From NCBI GenBank assembly GCA_017608345.1, contig JAFCGA010000002.1, positions 79,023-143,022 on the forward strand: 64,000 nt of DNA, in the 5' to 3' direction. Source of the DNA: Candidatus Pacearchaeota archaeon. GTDB taxonomy: Archaea > Nanobdellota > Nanobdellia > UBA10117 > JAFCGA01. Every line of letters begins with the position of its first letter. The stretch's first letter is position 1. Made by a program: the position numbers and the translations under genes. This document shows, in pieces, positions 1 to 11,273 of this stretch. Under the pieces are notes generated by a model. It ran no database searches, was not told the DNA's origin, and saw only the letters and a program-made list of their open reading frames with translations.

Positions 1-751
1 AAATTTTATTTTCTTTCATTGATTCTATGAGTGCTTTGATGTTGAAATCTGAGTTAGGCAATTGGAGATGGTTCTTTTCTCCTTTAGCGCCATAGTTGAT
101 CCCAGAAACATGCATATGTAAGTTAGACAGTCCCGGAGCTCCGAGATAATCTTTTACAGTATCGAATACTGCGTCGAACTCGCGTTTAGAATTGAACTTG
201 CCATTTGAGCGAGCATGCAGGTGAGCAAAATCAATGCACAGCCAGACTTGTTTGATTTCTTTGGCTAGCTGAAGTAATTCTTTAAGCTCTCCGAACTGAG
301 AAACTTTTCCAGTTGTCTCTGGCGAGACGCGGATCGGATTATTCTCTTTCTTTAACTCTGCAACCATTTCAATCAGCTGAGCTTTAACTATTTCGTAAAC
401 TTCTTTTGGATCTTTTTTCATGTAATACGCTGGATGAAATGTAACTGAAGTTGCGCCAGCAAGATTCCCGATTTTTGCAGACTTTAAAATTCGCTGTACG
501 CTAGCCTTAATTTTCGCTTCTTCTGGAGAATTGAGATTGATATAATATGGCGCGTGAACTGTAAGAGCAATTTTATTCTTTGTAGCTGTTTCTTTGACTT
601 TTTTAGCTAGCTCCGGAGTCATGTAAATGCCGCGCACAAATTCAATTTCTGTAGCTGTTAATCCTAGCTCAGCAACGCGCTTTATTCCTTCTACTGTGCC
701 GGATTTCTTTGTGGAATGTGGTATACCTGCAGTACCGATTAATATTGACAT
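1..751 (-). CDS. Endonuclease IV-like AP endonuclease (xylose-isomerase-like TIM barrel); C-terminus lies beyond the window edge
   Basis: Not in the ORF track because it is open to the window edge. My translation from the ATG at 751 reads MSILIGTAGIPHSTKKSG...LTVHAPYYINL...VTFHPAYY...SPETTGK...IDFAHLHAR, the His/Glu/Asp ligand pattern of the AP endonuclease 2 fold. Confidence 0.65.
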   Translation of the reverse strand, partial: MSILIGTAGIPHSTKKSGTVEGIKRVAELGLTATEIEFVRGIYMTPELAKKVKETATKNKIALTVHAPYYINLNSPEEAKIKASVQRILKSAKIGNLAGATSVTFHPAYYMKKDPKEVYEIVKAQLIEMVAELKKENNPIRVSPETTGKVSQFGELKELLQLAKEIKQVWLCIDFAHLHARSNGKFNSKREFDAVFDTVKDYLGAPGLSNLHMHVSGINYGAKGEKNHLQLPNSDFNIKALIESMKENKI

Positions 752-785
752 GACTGAATTAAGAATTGCTAGGATAAAAGAATTC

Positions 786-938
786 CTATAAAGTGCTTAG
801 AATTATACCAACTATAATTATAGCTATGCAAACTCCGACGACATACCACGGGTTAATCACGAATCTGCTCCTACACTCTTCGTCGTATCTGACTAAGCCA
901 CCTTCAGAAGATGGCATCCGGATTTTGTTTTTGCCCAT
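786..938 (-). CDS. Preprotein translocase subunit Sec61-beta (archaeal SecG), 50 aa
   Basis: Below the ORF-track size cut-off. My translation is MGKNKIRMPSSEGGLVRYDEECRSRFVINPWYVVGVCIAIIIVGIILSTL: a GL-x-RY motif followed by a single C-terminal TM helix. Confidence 0.6.
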   Translation of the reverse strand: MGKNKIRMPSSEGGLVRYDEECRSRFVINPWYVVGVCIAIIIVGIILSTL

Positions 939-984
939 GTTGATGAATAGATTAATTACTTTTTAAAGCTATTGATTAAAAGAG

Positions 985-1310
985 AGTAGCGAGACTATAA
1001 GCCGCCTTATGTTCTGCTCCGTGGTCGGACAGCAGACGCAAGCATTCTACTTAGCGGTCTAGGACCTTGCACTCACTCGAATCGACAAGTTTCACTCACA
1101 ACTCAGCAACCTCACCGAGGATCATCGTGCGCTAAGCATGATTGCTTTCTGTCTATATCGATTTACAGTATTAACCATAGCTAGATTTCCTAGCCGAGCT
1201 GCCTTTTCTTTCACTCCGAGAAGCGAAATCATTAGGGCGTAAGAGGGCGGACTTTCCTCAGTGCTTTGGAGATTAATCCAAGAACTCCGATAGCTTGCCG
1301 TCCCGCTACT
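985..1310 (-). ncRNA. rnpB: RNase P RNA
   Basis: The minus-strand reading contains GAGGAAAGTCCGCCC (CR-I) and GCAGAACATAAGGCGGCTTATAG (CR-IV/V-like). The termini AGTAGCGGGAC and GTCTCGCTACT pair as P1. Confidence 0.85.
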
Positions 1311-1399
1311 GAAAATAAATTTTATTCACCATTTAAAAGCATTATGGTCTGTATTTTAAAGCTAGAAATATACTTAAAAGATCAAACTGAATAAAAATT

Positions 1400-1876
1400 A
1401 TGAAAGATGTTTTTCATAGTTCTGCTATTTTTTCACCCTGTCGAAAATATCGATATACTCTGACTAGGATTTGGAATGGGAATAAACCCTTAGCCTCCTT
1501 TATTGGTCTTAATCCTTCTACAGCAGACGAGATAAAGAATGATCCAACTGTGACTAGATGTATAAATTATGCTAAAAGATGGGGTTATGGTGGAATAATA
1601 ATGCTAAATATATTTGCATTTAGGGCTACAGTACCCAAGATGTTGAAATCTGCTGCTGAGCCGATTGGGAAGGATACTGATGTTTGGATAACGGCTAAAT
1701 CGCAAGAAACTGATTTGACAATTGCTTGTTGGGGTACACACGGGGAATTTATGGATCGGGGCAAAGAAGTTCTAAAATTATTGAATGATTTTAAATGTTT
1801 AGGAATTACAAAGCACGGATATCCTAAGCATCCACTATATCTTAGAAATGATTTAGAACCAATTGATTTTTATTAG
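1400..1876 (+). CDS. DUF1643 domain protein
   Basis: FSPCRKYRYTL...IGLNPSTAD...DPTVTRC...WGYGG...NIFAFRAT...KHPLYL is the typical DUF1643 motif series. Confidence 0.7.
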   Translation: MKDVFHSSAIFSPCRKYRYTLTRIWNGNKPLASFIGLNPSTADEIKNDPTVTRCINYAKRWGYGGIIMLNIFAFRATVPKMLKSAAEPIGKDTDVWITAKSQETDLTIACWGTHGEFMDRGKEVLKLLNDFKCLGITKHGYPKHPLYLRNDLEPIDFY

Positions 1877-1909
1877 AGGTAGGATTGTGCTAGCCCGGAG
1901 GCAGTCGGA

Positions 1910-2104
1910 CTAGCACAGGCGCAGCGATTCCCGGATAAAAAGGTGAGAATTTGAGGCGTTGTCTGTTGAGTATACGTCAGCATTAGACGAAATACCTTGT
2001 AGTTTCTTCATAATCAAGTAGACTGCTTCTTCGAGATTTATTTCGGGATAGAACTGTTTAATTCGTTTGATCTCGTTGGCAAGCATCTTGTATTTGTTCC
2101 TCAT
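1910..2104 (-). CDS. Hypothetical small protein
   Basis: ORF only; convergent with the DUF1643 gene. A 7-bp hairpin (gtgctag...ctagcac, about 1888-1917) lies at the convergence point and overlaps the ORF's last codons and stop. Confidence 0.3.
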   Translation of the reverse strand: MRNKYKMLANEIKRIKQFYPEINLEEAVYLIMKKLQGISSNADVYSTDNASNSHLFIRESLRLC

Positions 2105-2215
2105 ACTAGCATGAAAGAGCTGCCCTTATAAAGCAATTATGAAAAAACAATTAAGAAAAGCAATTAAGAACCGAATTTCATAAAGTACTTAAAGAATATT
2201 TATAAATCGTAATGC

Positions 2216-2902
2216 GTGGAACTGCAAGTACTGATTAACCCGTGGGTTAGTGGAGTTGATTGCGCATTTGATTTAATCGCCATAATCGTGGCTCTGTTAC
2301 TTACTTTATTTGCATATAAGATATATCTATTCTGTAAAATTAGAGAGTACAAATTCTTTAGCTTAGCTTTTCTAGCTATAGCCGGATCATTCTTTTTTAA
2401 GATTTTGACACATATTTCGCTGCATAAGGATCCAGTTTTAGAAGTAGTCACGAATACAGTTAGCTTCGCGGTGCATTCATCTACCAACCTGCGCTTAGCT
2501 TTTATTATATCCATTTTCGCATGGAGAGCATTATTCTTAGCGGGTTTTCTGTTATATTATGTGTTATTAGATAAATCAAGAAATAATCGTCAGCTTTTCC
2601 TTTCACTTTACTTTGCTACCGCAATTGCAGCATTAAGTATCTATCAATCTGTCGTTTTCTATATAACTTCCGCAATCGTATTTGTATTTATCGTATACAT
2701 GTTATATATTAATTCACAGCAAAATAAAGCAAAACACGTTTCAGCGGTTTTTTATGCTTTTACCTTACTTCTCGCTGCACAAGTTACCTTTATATTTGTA
2801 TCGCTCCATAAAAACATATACTTCGTCGGCGAAATCTTGCAGCTAGTAGGGTTTGGTTTGCTTTTAGCGAACTATGTACTGCTAATGAAGCGCAAGTGTT
2901 AG
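2216..2902 (+). CDS. Polytopic membrane protein, unknown function
   Basis: About 7 hydrophobic segments. It overlaps the next ORF by a few nt, suggesting an operon with the wHTH and NUDIX genes. Confidence 0.55.
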   Translation: MELQVLINPWVSGVDCAFDLIAIIVALLLTLFAYKIYLFCKIREYKFFSLAFLAIAGSFFFKILTHISLHKDPVLEVVTNTVSFAVHSSTNLRLAFIISIFAWRALFLAGFLLYYVLLDKSRNNRQLFLSLYFATAIAALSIYQSVVFYITSAIVFVFIVYMLYINSQQNKAKHVSAVFYAFTLLLAAQVTFIFVSLHKNIYFVGEILQLVGFGLLLANYVLLMKRKC

Positions 2903-3180
2903 AAGCGATAATGTCAGTAAGACGAACTAATATAGAAATAATTGGAGATATTCTTAAAGCTATCCGACAGGCTCGAGGTTTGAAGCCGACACATGTTATG
3001 TATAAGGCTAATCTTTCTTATAAGCTGTTGAAGGATTATTTAGATGAATTAAGAGAAAAGGACCTGATAGTTGAAGCAGAGGATAAAGGTCATAAGATGA
3101 TTAATATTACAGATCGGGGATTGAAGTTCTTAGAAAAGTACGAGCAGATGGAGAAGTTTAAGGAGAGCTTTGGGCTATAA
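2896..3180 (+). CDS. Small winged-helix DNA-binding protein
   Basis: About 90 aa; IIGDILKAI...KPTHVMYKANLSYKLLKDYLDEL..KDLI resembles archaeal wHTH regulators. The stop abuts the NUDIX start (TAATG). Confidence 0.5.
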   Translation: MLEAIMSVRRTNIEIIGDILKAIRQARGLKPTHVMYKANLSYKLLKDYLDELREKDLIVEAEDKGHKMINITDRGLKFLEKYEQMEKFKESFGL

Positions 3181-3575
3181 TGGTTAAGGATAGAGTTGCA
3201 GCAATTATTCTAAACAATAAGAAGATGTTGCTGGTTACAGGTTACGATGAATTATATTATTGGACTCCCGGTGGCAAAATAGAAGAAGGAGAGGCCCATG
3301 AAGCATGTTTAAGACGAGAACTAAAATCTGAATTAAATATAGAAATGACTTCTCTGAAACACTACGGCACCTATAAACTCATCAACAAGGTCGAAAACGA
3401 AATGCAGGTAAATAATTACTATTTGGTTCAATACGAAGGAGAATTTAAACCAGGAGATGAGATTACCAAAACAATTTGGTACTCTAAGCAGAATTTTCTA
3501 GATAAGTCACCTAGAATTTCTGAAGGAGTAGAAACAACTCTAATCCCGAAATTAATACAAGATGGATTTTTCTAG
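3180..3575 (+). CDS. NUDIX hydrolase
   Basis: Nudix box GGKIEEGEAHEACLRRELKSELNIE. Confidence 0.8.
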   Translation: MVKDRVAAIILNNKKMLLVTGYDELYYWTPGGKIEEGEAHEACLRRELKSELNIEMTSLKHYGTYKLINKVENEMQVNNYYLVQYEGEFKPGDEITKTIWYSKQNFLDKSPRISEGVETTLIPKLIQDGFF

Positions 3576-3587
3576 TAATTGAACAAT

Positions 3588-3620
3588 GATAGATTCAAAG
3601 ATCTGAATAGCATAATATAA
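3588..3620. repeat. 3'-flank arm of the 23S rRNA processing stem (pairs with 6532-6560)
   Basis: gatagattcaaagatct (3588-3604) is the exact reverse complement of 6544-6560. gcataatataa (3610-3620) is the exact reverse complement of 6532-6542. Confidence 0.8.
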
Positions 3621-3639
3621 TCGAGCTGTTAGTAACTGC

Positions 3640-6525
<2,886 letters not shown>

Positions 6526-6531
6526 CGTGTT

Positions 6532-6560
6532 TTATATTATGCAAGATCTTTGAATCTATC
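6532..6560. repeat. 5'-flank arm of the 23S rRNA processing stem
   Basis: See 3588-3620. Confidence 0.8.
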
Positions 6561-6661
6561 AATTGAATATCAATTATTCAATTACATTGTTCTCGAGCCG
6601 AGAAAATCTCAGTTCGAGTAAACTGTACAAAATCAACGAAGATTCTGAACAGAAAGTAAAG

Positions 6662-6846
6662 TGGACCCGGAGGGATTTTCAAGCTACAAAGTTGCCGAAG
6701 GTATATTCGGAGCGACGAAGTCGCGTAGTAAAATACCTTTTCTTTGGGCTACCTTACACCTTTCTTTTTCTAAAAGAAAGGGGCAGTTTGAACCCCCAGC
6801 CTCCTGCATGCAAAGCAGGCGTTCTACCGGGTTGAACTACAGGCCC
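6662..6846 (-). tRNA. tRNA-Ala(UGC) in the 16S-23S spacer, with an inferred 111-nt insertion (about 6676-6786) in the T-loop
   Basis: The sense strand reads GGGCCTG TA GTTC..GAAC G CCTGC TT TGC AT GCAGG AGGCT GGGGG TTCAAA [111 nt] T CCCTC CGGGTCC A. The acceptor closes with the G3:U70 Ala identity pair. Confidence 0.8.
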
Positions 6847-6964
6847 ATAGTTTTAAGACAGATTGGTCGATTTATAAGGTTTTTCTTTGGGCCACTTATC
6901 GCGAACCGAAGTTCGCGATCTGTTCGTCCGCGTACGCTTGGAATTAGCGTACAAACATGAGTAT

Positions 6965-6981
6965 AAGTAGATGAATAGCTT
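6965..6981. repeat. 3'-flank arm of the 16S processing stem (pairs with 8730-8745)
   Basis: aagtagatgaatagctt versus aagctattcatctact form 16 complementary bp bracketing the 16S gene. Confidence 0.75.
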
Positions 6982-7653
6982 AACCTTCTTTGAGTATTAA
7001 TCAGGATACTTGCAAGCAAGTATCCTGATTTTAAAAGGAGGTGATCCATCTGCAGGTTCCCCTACAGATACCTTGTGTTGACTTCGCCCGCCTCGCTGAA
7101 CCAGGATTCGACTTAACCAAGAAGTTGAGCCTCATCCCAACCCAACTCGGTTGGCGTGACAGGCAGTGTGTGCAAGGGCCAGGGACACATTCACCGCACG
7201 ATGCTAACGCACGATTACTAGGGATTTCGTTTTCACGAGGGTGAGTTGCAACCCTCGATTCGAAAAGATTGAATTTAAGGGATTGGCTTCTCCTTTCGGA
7301 GTTGCAGCCCGTTGTTTCAACCATTGCTTGCCGCGTGTAGCCCAGAGGATTCGAGGCATACTGACCTACCGTAGCCTACACCTTCCTCTCCCTTTCGAGA
7401 GCAGTCCCTTCAGTGTGCTTATTCTCAATGAGAATAGTGGCAACTGAAAGCGTAGGTCTCGCTCGTTGTCTGACTTAACAGAACACCTCACGGCACGAGC
7501 TGACGGCGGCCATGCACCATCTCTCAGCGCGTCGAGTGAGCCATTCAGGCTGACCTTCATTCTGCTGTCGCTTCTGGTAAGGTTCCGGGCGTATAATCCA
7601 ATTGAACCGCAGCACCCACCCCTTGTGGTAGCCCCCCGCCAATTCCTTTAAGT

Positions 7654-7698
7654 ATACTGTAGCTACATTTCTCTAATATTTGTAAGAAAATATAGCAA
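7654..7698 (-). other. 16S insertion 1 (45 nt, putative intron) splitting GGCTGAA | ACTTAAAGGAATTGG
   Basis: The conserved block is contiguous in ordinary archaeal 16S but interrupted here. Boundary is +/-2 nt. Confidence 0.7.
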
Positions 7699-7817
7699 TT
7701 CAGCCTTGCGACCGTACTCCCCAGGTGGCCTGCTTAACGACTTCTCTCCGACACTGCATGCTCACGAAGAACATGCAGCACCTAGCAGGCAGCGTTTACG
7801 GCTAGGACTACGAGGGT

Positions 7818-7882
7818 TATTAGGGCTCTGGAAAATAGTTTTCTTTTTCCAGGGTTTTTCTTTTTAAAAAAAGAAAAAGCCT
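7818..7882 (-). other. 16S insertion 2 (65 nt, putative intron) splitting GGATTAGAT | ACCCTCGTAGTCC
   Basis: The interrupted block is the 785-806 'universal primer' region. The insert folds into two hairpins: TTTTTCTTTTT/AAAAAGAAAAA and CTGGAAAA/TTTTCCAG. Confidence 0.75.
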
Positions 7883-7980
7883 ATCTAATCCTCTTTGATC
7901 CCCTAGCTTTCATCCCTGACCGTCAGACCCGTTCTAGTTAGACGCCTTCGCCGCTGGCGGTCCTCTGGGGATTAAAACAA

Positions 7981-8071
7981 TGTAACTGCACTTTTTCGCT
8001 GCTTTGCAGCAAGTAAAGTAGTTTCTTTTGGGCTACCTTACACCTTTTCTTTCCTAAAGAAAAGGGGCAGT
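7981..8071 (-). other. 16S insertion 3 (about 91 nt, putative intron) splitting GAGCGGTAAAA | TTGTTTTAATCCCCAGAGGACC
   Basis: It interrupts the conserved GGTAAAATCCTGTAATCC-type block and carries a module shared with the tRNA-Ala insertion. Confidence 0.7.
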
Positions 8072-8235
8072 TTTTACCGCTCCCCCCAGAATACCTCTAA
8101 CTCCTCCCGGTCTCAAGCTAAGCAGTATTTTCAGCACGCCTGACAGTTGAGCTGCCAGATTTCACTAAAGACTTACTTAGCCGGCTACGGATGCTTTAGA
8201 CCCAATAAACGTGACCACCACTAAGGGCGCCGGGA

Positions 8236-8266
<31 letters not shown>

Positions 8267-8729
8267 CCCTTTATTCCTGAAGCGTTTTGGACTCCAGAAA
8301 AGCAGACGCAAAAAGCGCCTGCACGTAGGATTCCCCCATCACGCTTGCGCGCATTGTGGAGTATTCAGAACTGCTGCACCCCGTAGGGCTGGGAGCCTTA
8401 TCTCAGTCTCCCTCTCAGGGCTAGGACTCTCATCCCCCTTACAGATCTTAGGTTTGGTGAGCCGTTACCTCACCAACAGCCTAATCTGCCGCCAACTCAT
8501 CCTATGGCGCCGAAGCTTTGGATAAAAGCGCATTCCAGCCTCTTTTATCTATCGGGAATTATCTTCAGTTTCCCGAAGTTATGCCCGACCATAGGGTAGA
8601 TTATTGACGTGTTACTGAGCCTTTCGCCATGATTTCTCATAGACTTGCATGTCTCATGGATCCTACTAGCAGTGGTCTCCCGCAGGATAAACGGGAATTG
8701 TGATCGCATTAAAATAGAATTGGCTATTA

Positions 8730-8745
8730 AAGCTATTCATCTACT
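8730..8745. repeat. 5'-flank arm of the 16S processing stem
   Basis: See 6965-6981. Confidence 0.75.
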
Positions 8746-8835
8746 AATTCATACCAATTTCTAACTGGTATACATAACAAACACAAATCCGACAAAAGTT
8801 GTCTTCACGTGTGCAATTCTATTGTAGAACTAGCC

Positions 8836-8850
8836 TTTAAAAATCTTTCT
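8836..8850 (-). promoter_or_regulatory. Candidate rRNA operon promoter (BRE AGAAAG + TATA ATTTTTAAA on the minus strand)
   Basis: This is the only strong TATA-like element upstream of the 16S processing stem. It is a guess from sequence only. Confidence 0.3.
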
Positions 8851-8891
8851 TATTGAATGCCGCAGATTTAGTAATTTGCAATTTAATTAGG

Positions 8892-8920
8892 GGTCTGACT
8901 GAAGGCGTATTTTGGTTATT
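8892..8920. repeat. 29-nt direct repeat, copy 1 (ggtctgactgaaggcgtattttggttatt)
   Basis: Exact second copy at 9010-9038, 118 bp apart. Confidence 0.9.
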
Positions 8921-9009
8921 GAACGTCGCGGGATTAATACTTTGCATTTTAATGCGGTGTTCAATTCCAAATCGCCGTTGGACCAATAATACCTAGCACT
9001 TTAGTGCTA

Positions 9010-9038
9010 GGTCTGACTGAAGGCGTATTTTGGTTATT
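9010..9038. repeat. 29-nt direct repeat, copy 2; overlaps the stop codon of the antiporter gene
   Basis: Identical to 8892-8920. Confidence 0.9.
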
Positions 9039-10251
9039 TTCTGAGCTTTCGCGGTAGTTTGTTTGCTATTGATGGCAGCATAAATACTGAGAAAGAGGTT
9101 ACTAATATTATTGAGAATACTATCGCGATTATTAATTCTGGGTTTGGAAACTGAGATGAGTAAGACAATGCTAGAACTGCGCAAACTATTCCTCTCGGTC
9201 CGCCGATTAGTTGAAGTTTCCTTACTGCCGGGTCCAGCTTGCTTGAAGTTATTCGAATTGCTAAGAATCTTGCTAGAAGTATGCTTGCTACAAATACTGC
9301 GATTATACCGAAAGTCCAAAGACCGTAACTTAGGAAAACATCGAATCTCAGGATTGCTCCGAGAATTACATACACAAATGTTACTAGCAATAATTCCATC
9401 TCTCCGCCAAATGAGTGAATGATCTTCGGAAGTTGAGGTTTAGCATTACCAAATATTATTCCTACAATTAATGCCGCTGCGATTCCACTAGCTCCGATTA
9501 ATTCTGTTATTGCGTATATTAAGAATACGGCACCGAGCGATAAGATATGTGGTTTTTGATCTGGACTAAGTTTCTGAATTATTTTAAAAATTACATACCC
9601 ACAAACTGCACCCATTCCTATTCCTACGAAGATATTATAGAAGAACGTGCGTGCTGCGAAGGCAACCGAGCCCTTTCCAATTTCCATAACATTTACAACT
9701 ACTATAGCGATAATTACTGCAGGTATGGAGTTCATTGTTGCTTCTAAGTCTAGACTATCTTTGATGAATTTTGAAATTTTCAGATTTTCCAGTGCGGGCG
9801 CTAGAATAGTCAGATCGGTTGATGCAACTAATGCTCCGAGCAGAGCAGATAATAACCAGTCAAATCCGAGCAAGAATCTGGCAGCTAGCATAACTAATCC
9901 AATTGTAATTAATACTCCGACTACTGCTAATCCCGCTGCAGTTTCCAGCTTTTTTTCTAAACCATGTAATTTAATCCCATAACCTACATCGAATAATATG
10001 ACTACTAATGCAAATGTGACAACTGCGTGTATAATTGGTTCAAATTCTGCGGGCGTGAACACCTTAGTTAGTGGTCCGAGGATTATTCCTAGAATTAATA
10101 GCAGAATTATAAGCGGAGACTTTGTTCTTTTTGATAAGATTGTTAAAATTACTCCGAGAATTATAATTGCTCCGACGATGCCAATGGTTGCAGCAGATGA
10201 GATCATAAAGAAGTCTATACTTGAGAATATATAATGGTTTTGGAATCCCAC
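9034..10251 (-). CDS. Cation:proton antiporter (Na+/H+ exchanger family)
   Basis: 405 aa with about 11-12 TM segments and typical CPA-family composition. An 8-bp hairpin cctagcac/gtgctagg at 8992-9011 lies just downstream. Confidence 0.75.
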   Translation of the reverse strand: MGFQNHYIFSSIDFFMISSAATIGIVGAIIILGVILTILSKRTKSPLIILLLILGIILGPLTKVFTPAEFEPIIHAVVTFALVVILFDVGYGIKLHGLEKKLETAAGLAVVGVLITIGLVMLAARFLLGFDWLLSALLGALVASTDLTILAPALENLKISKFIKDSLDLEATMNSIPAVIIAIVVVNVMEIGKGSVAFAARTFFYNIFVGIGMGAVCGYVIFKIIQKLSPDQKPHILSLGAVFLIYAITELIGASGIAAALIVGIIFGNAKPQLPKIIHSFGGEMELLLVTFVYVILGAILRFDVFLSYGLWTFGIIAVFVASILLARFLAIRITSSKLDPAVRKLQLIGGPRGIVCAVLALSYSSQFPNPELIIAIVFSIILVTSFSVFMLPSIANKLPRKLRK

Positions 10252-10268
10252 GTTCTTGATCAGACGGA

Positions 10269-10490
10269 TTATCCCTTAATATATTGAAATGATATTAAAA
10301 AGTATAATATGCTTGTCATCGTAATAAACAGTGCTAAGGTAAGAAGGTTTTCTAAGAGGGTTATCGATATCCCTGCCGAACGCATGATTGTAAGACTGAT
10401 GATAAACGCAACAAATAAGATAATGCTAACTAATAATCCTCTGATTCGGTGTTTTATAATCCACCCCTCATATTTTTTGTTTAAACTCAT
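10269..10490 (-). CDS. Small membrane protein
   Basis: 73 aa with two hydrophobic helices. Confidence 0.35.
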   Translation of the reverse strand: MSLNKKYEGWIIKHRIRGLLVSIILFVAFIISLTIMRSAGISITLLENLLTLALFITMTSILYFLISFQYIKG

Positions 10491-10498
10491 TTAATTAG

Positions 10499-10641
10499 TG
10501 CAGGGGACAGGGTTCGAACCTGCGTAGGCACTAAGCCACTGGGTCCTAAACCCAGCCCGTTCAATCGCAACCAACGCTAAGCTATCTTCTTTCCGCCAGC
10601 GCTTTCTTAAAGGGCTGCTTTGACCACTCCGGCACCCCTGC
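10499..10641 (-). tRNA. tRNA-Leu(UAG) with an inferred 57-nt insertion (about 10561-10617) in the D-loop
   Basis: GCAGGGG TG CCG GAGTGGTCAAAG [57 nt] A CGG G CTGGG TT TAG GA CCCAG, followed by a long variable arm, GCAGG TTCGAAC CCTGT CCCCTGC A. Confidence 0.75.
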
Positions 10642-10679
10642 TTAATAAGATTGAATAGAATTCGGTTTAAAAAGTTAAC

Positions 10680-11024
10680 CTATAAGTATGCATTGATATA
10701 TGGGCCGATTTTTGTTTTTAATATTCTAATTGCGTTATCTATATTCTCAATCTCTACTCTGTTTTCAGTAAGTTGGAGCTGTGATTGAAGCTCTAAGTAT
10801 GCTCTGTTTATGTGTGGGCATGCAGTCTGTATGTATTCGGCAATCGGAGAATCTCCAATGAATGTTTTAAATAGCGCGAACATCAAGTCACGAGTTCTCT
10901 CCTCAAGAAACCCTTCATTTTTTCTAGCGACTTTTAATTTATTAGTTAACGTGAGATTACAGAACTGACCATCTACCATCACTATTCCGAAACCAATTGG
11001 TTTTTCTAAGGGAGTTAAGGGCAT
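10680..11024 (-). CDS. Hypothetical protein
   Basis: ORF only. Confidence 0.4.
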   Translation of the reverse strand: MPLTPLEKPIGFGIVMVDGQFCNLTLTNKLKVARKNEGFLEERTRDLMFALFKTFIGDSPIAEYIQTACPHINRAYLELQSQLQLTENRVEIENIDNAIRILKTKIGPYINAYL

Positions 11025-11081
11025 AACATCGCTAGGGTGTTATAGCTTATAATTATTTAGATAATAAAAGCGATAGTAGAA

Positions 11082-11201
11082 TTATTTCTTCTTCTGTCTA
11101 CGCAGTCTCTTTTTCTTATTAAGCTTCTTTCTGTACCACTTCCAGCGTCCTCGATAGCCAGACTTGTTCTTCTTTTTCCACTTCCGAGAGGATCTTTTCA
11201 T
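11082..11201 (-). CDS. Possible very basic 39-aa protein (MKRSSRKWKKKNKSGYRGRWKWYRKKLNKKKRLRRQKKK)
   Basis: Below the ORF-track cut-off. It fills an otherwise empty 250-nt gap. The composition recalls tiny ribosomal proteins, but I do not recognise the family. Confidence 0.3.
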   Translation of the reverse strand: MKRSSRKWKKKNKSGYRGRWKWYRKKLNKKKRLRRQKKK

Positions 11202-11273
11202 AGTTTTTATTTTGCGTAAGGAACGCTACTTATATCTCCGGCAGAGAGTTTTATAAAGATTTTGCTAAAAATC

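Noticed and set aside
2200-2514. 104-aa minus-strand ORF
   Set aside because: It is entirely antisense to the better-supported 228-aa membrane protein gene (2216-2902).
8892-9038. 29-nt exact repeats considered as a mini CRISPR array
   Set aside because: There are only two copies, the spacer is 89 nt, there are no cas genes, and one copy overlaps a gene end.
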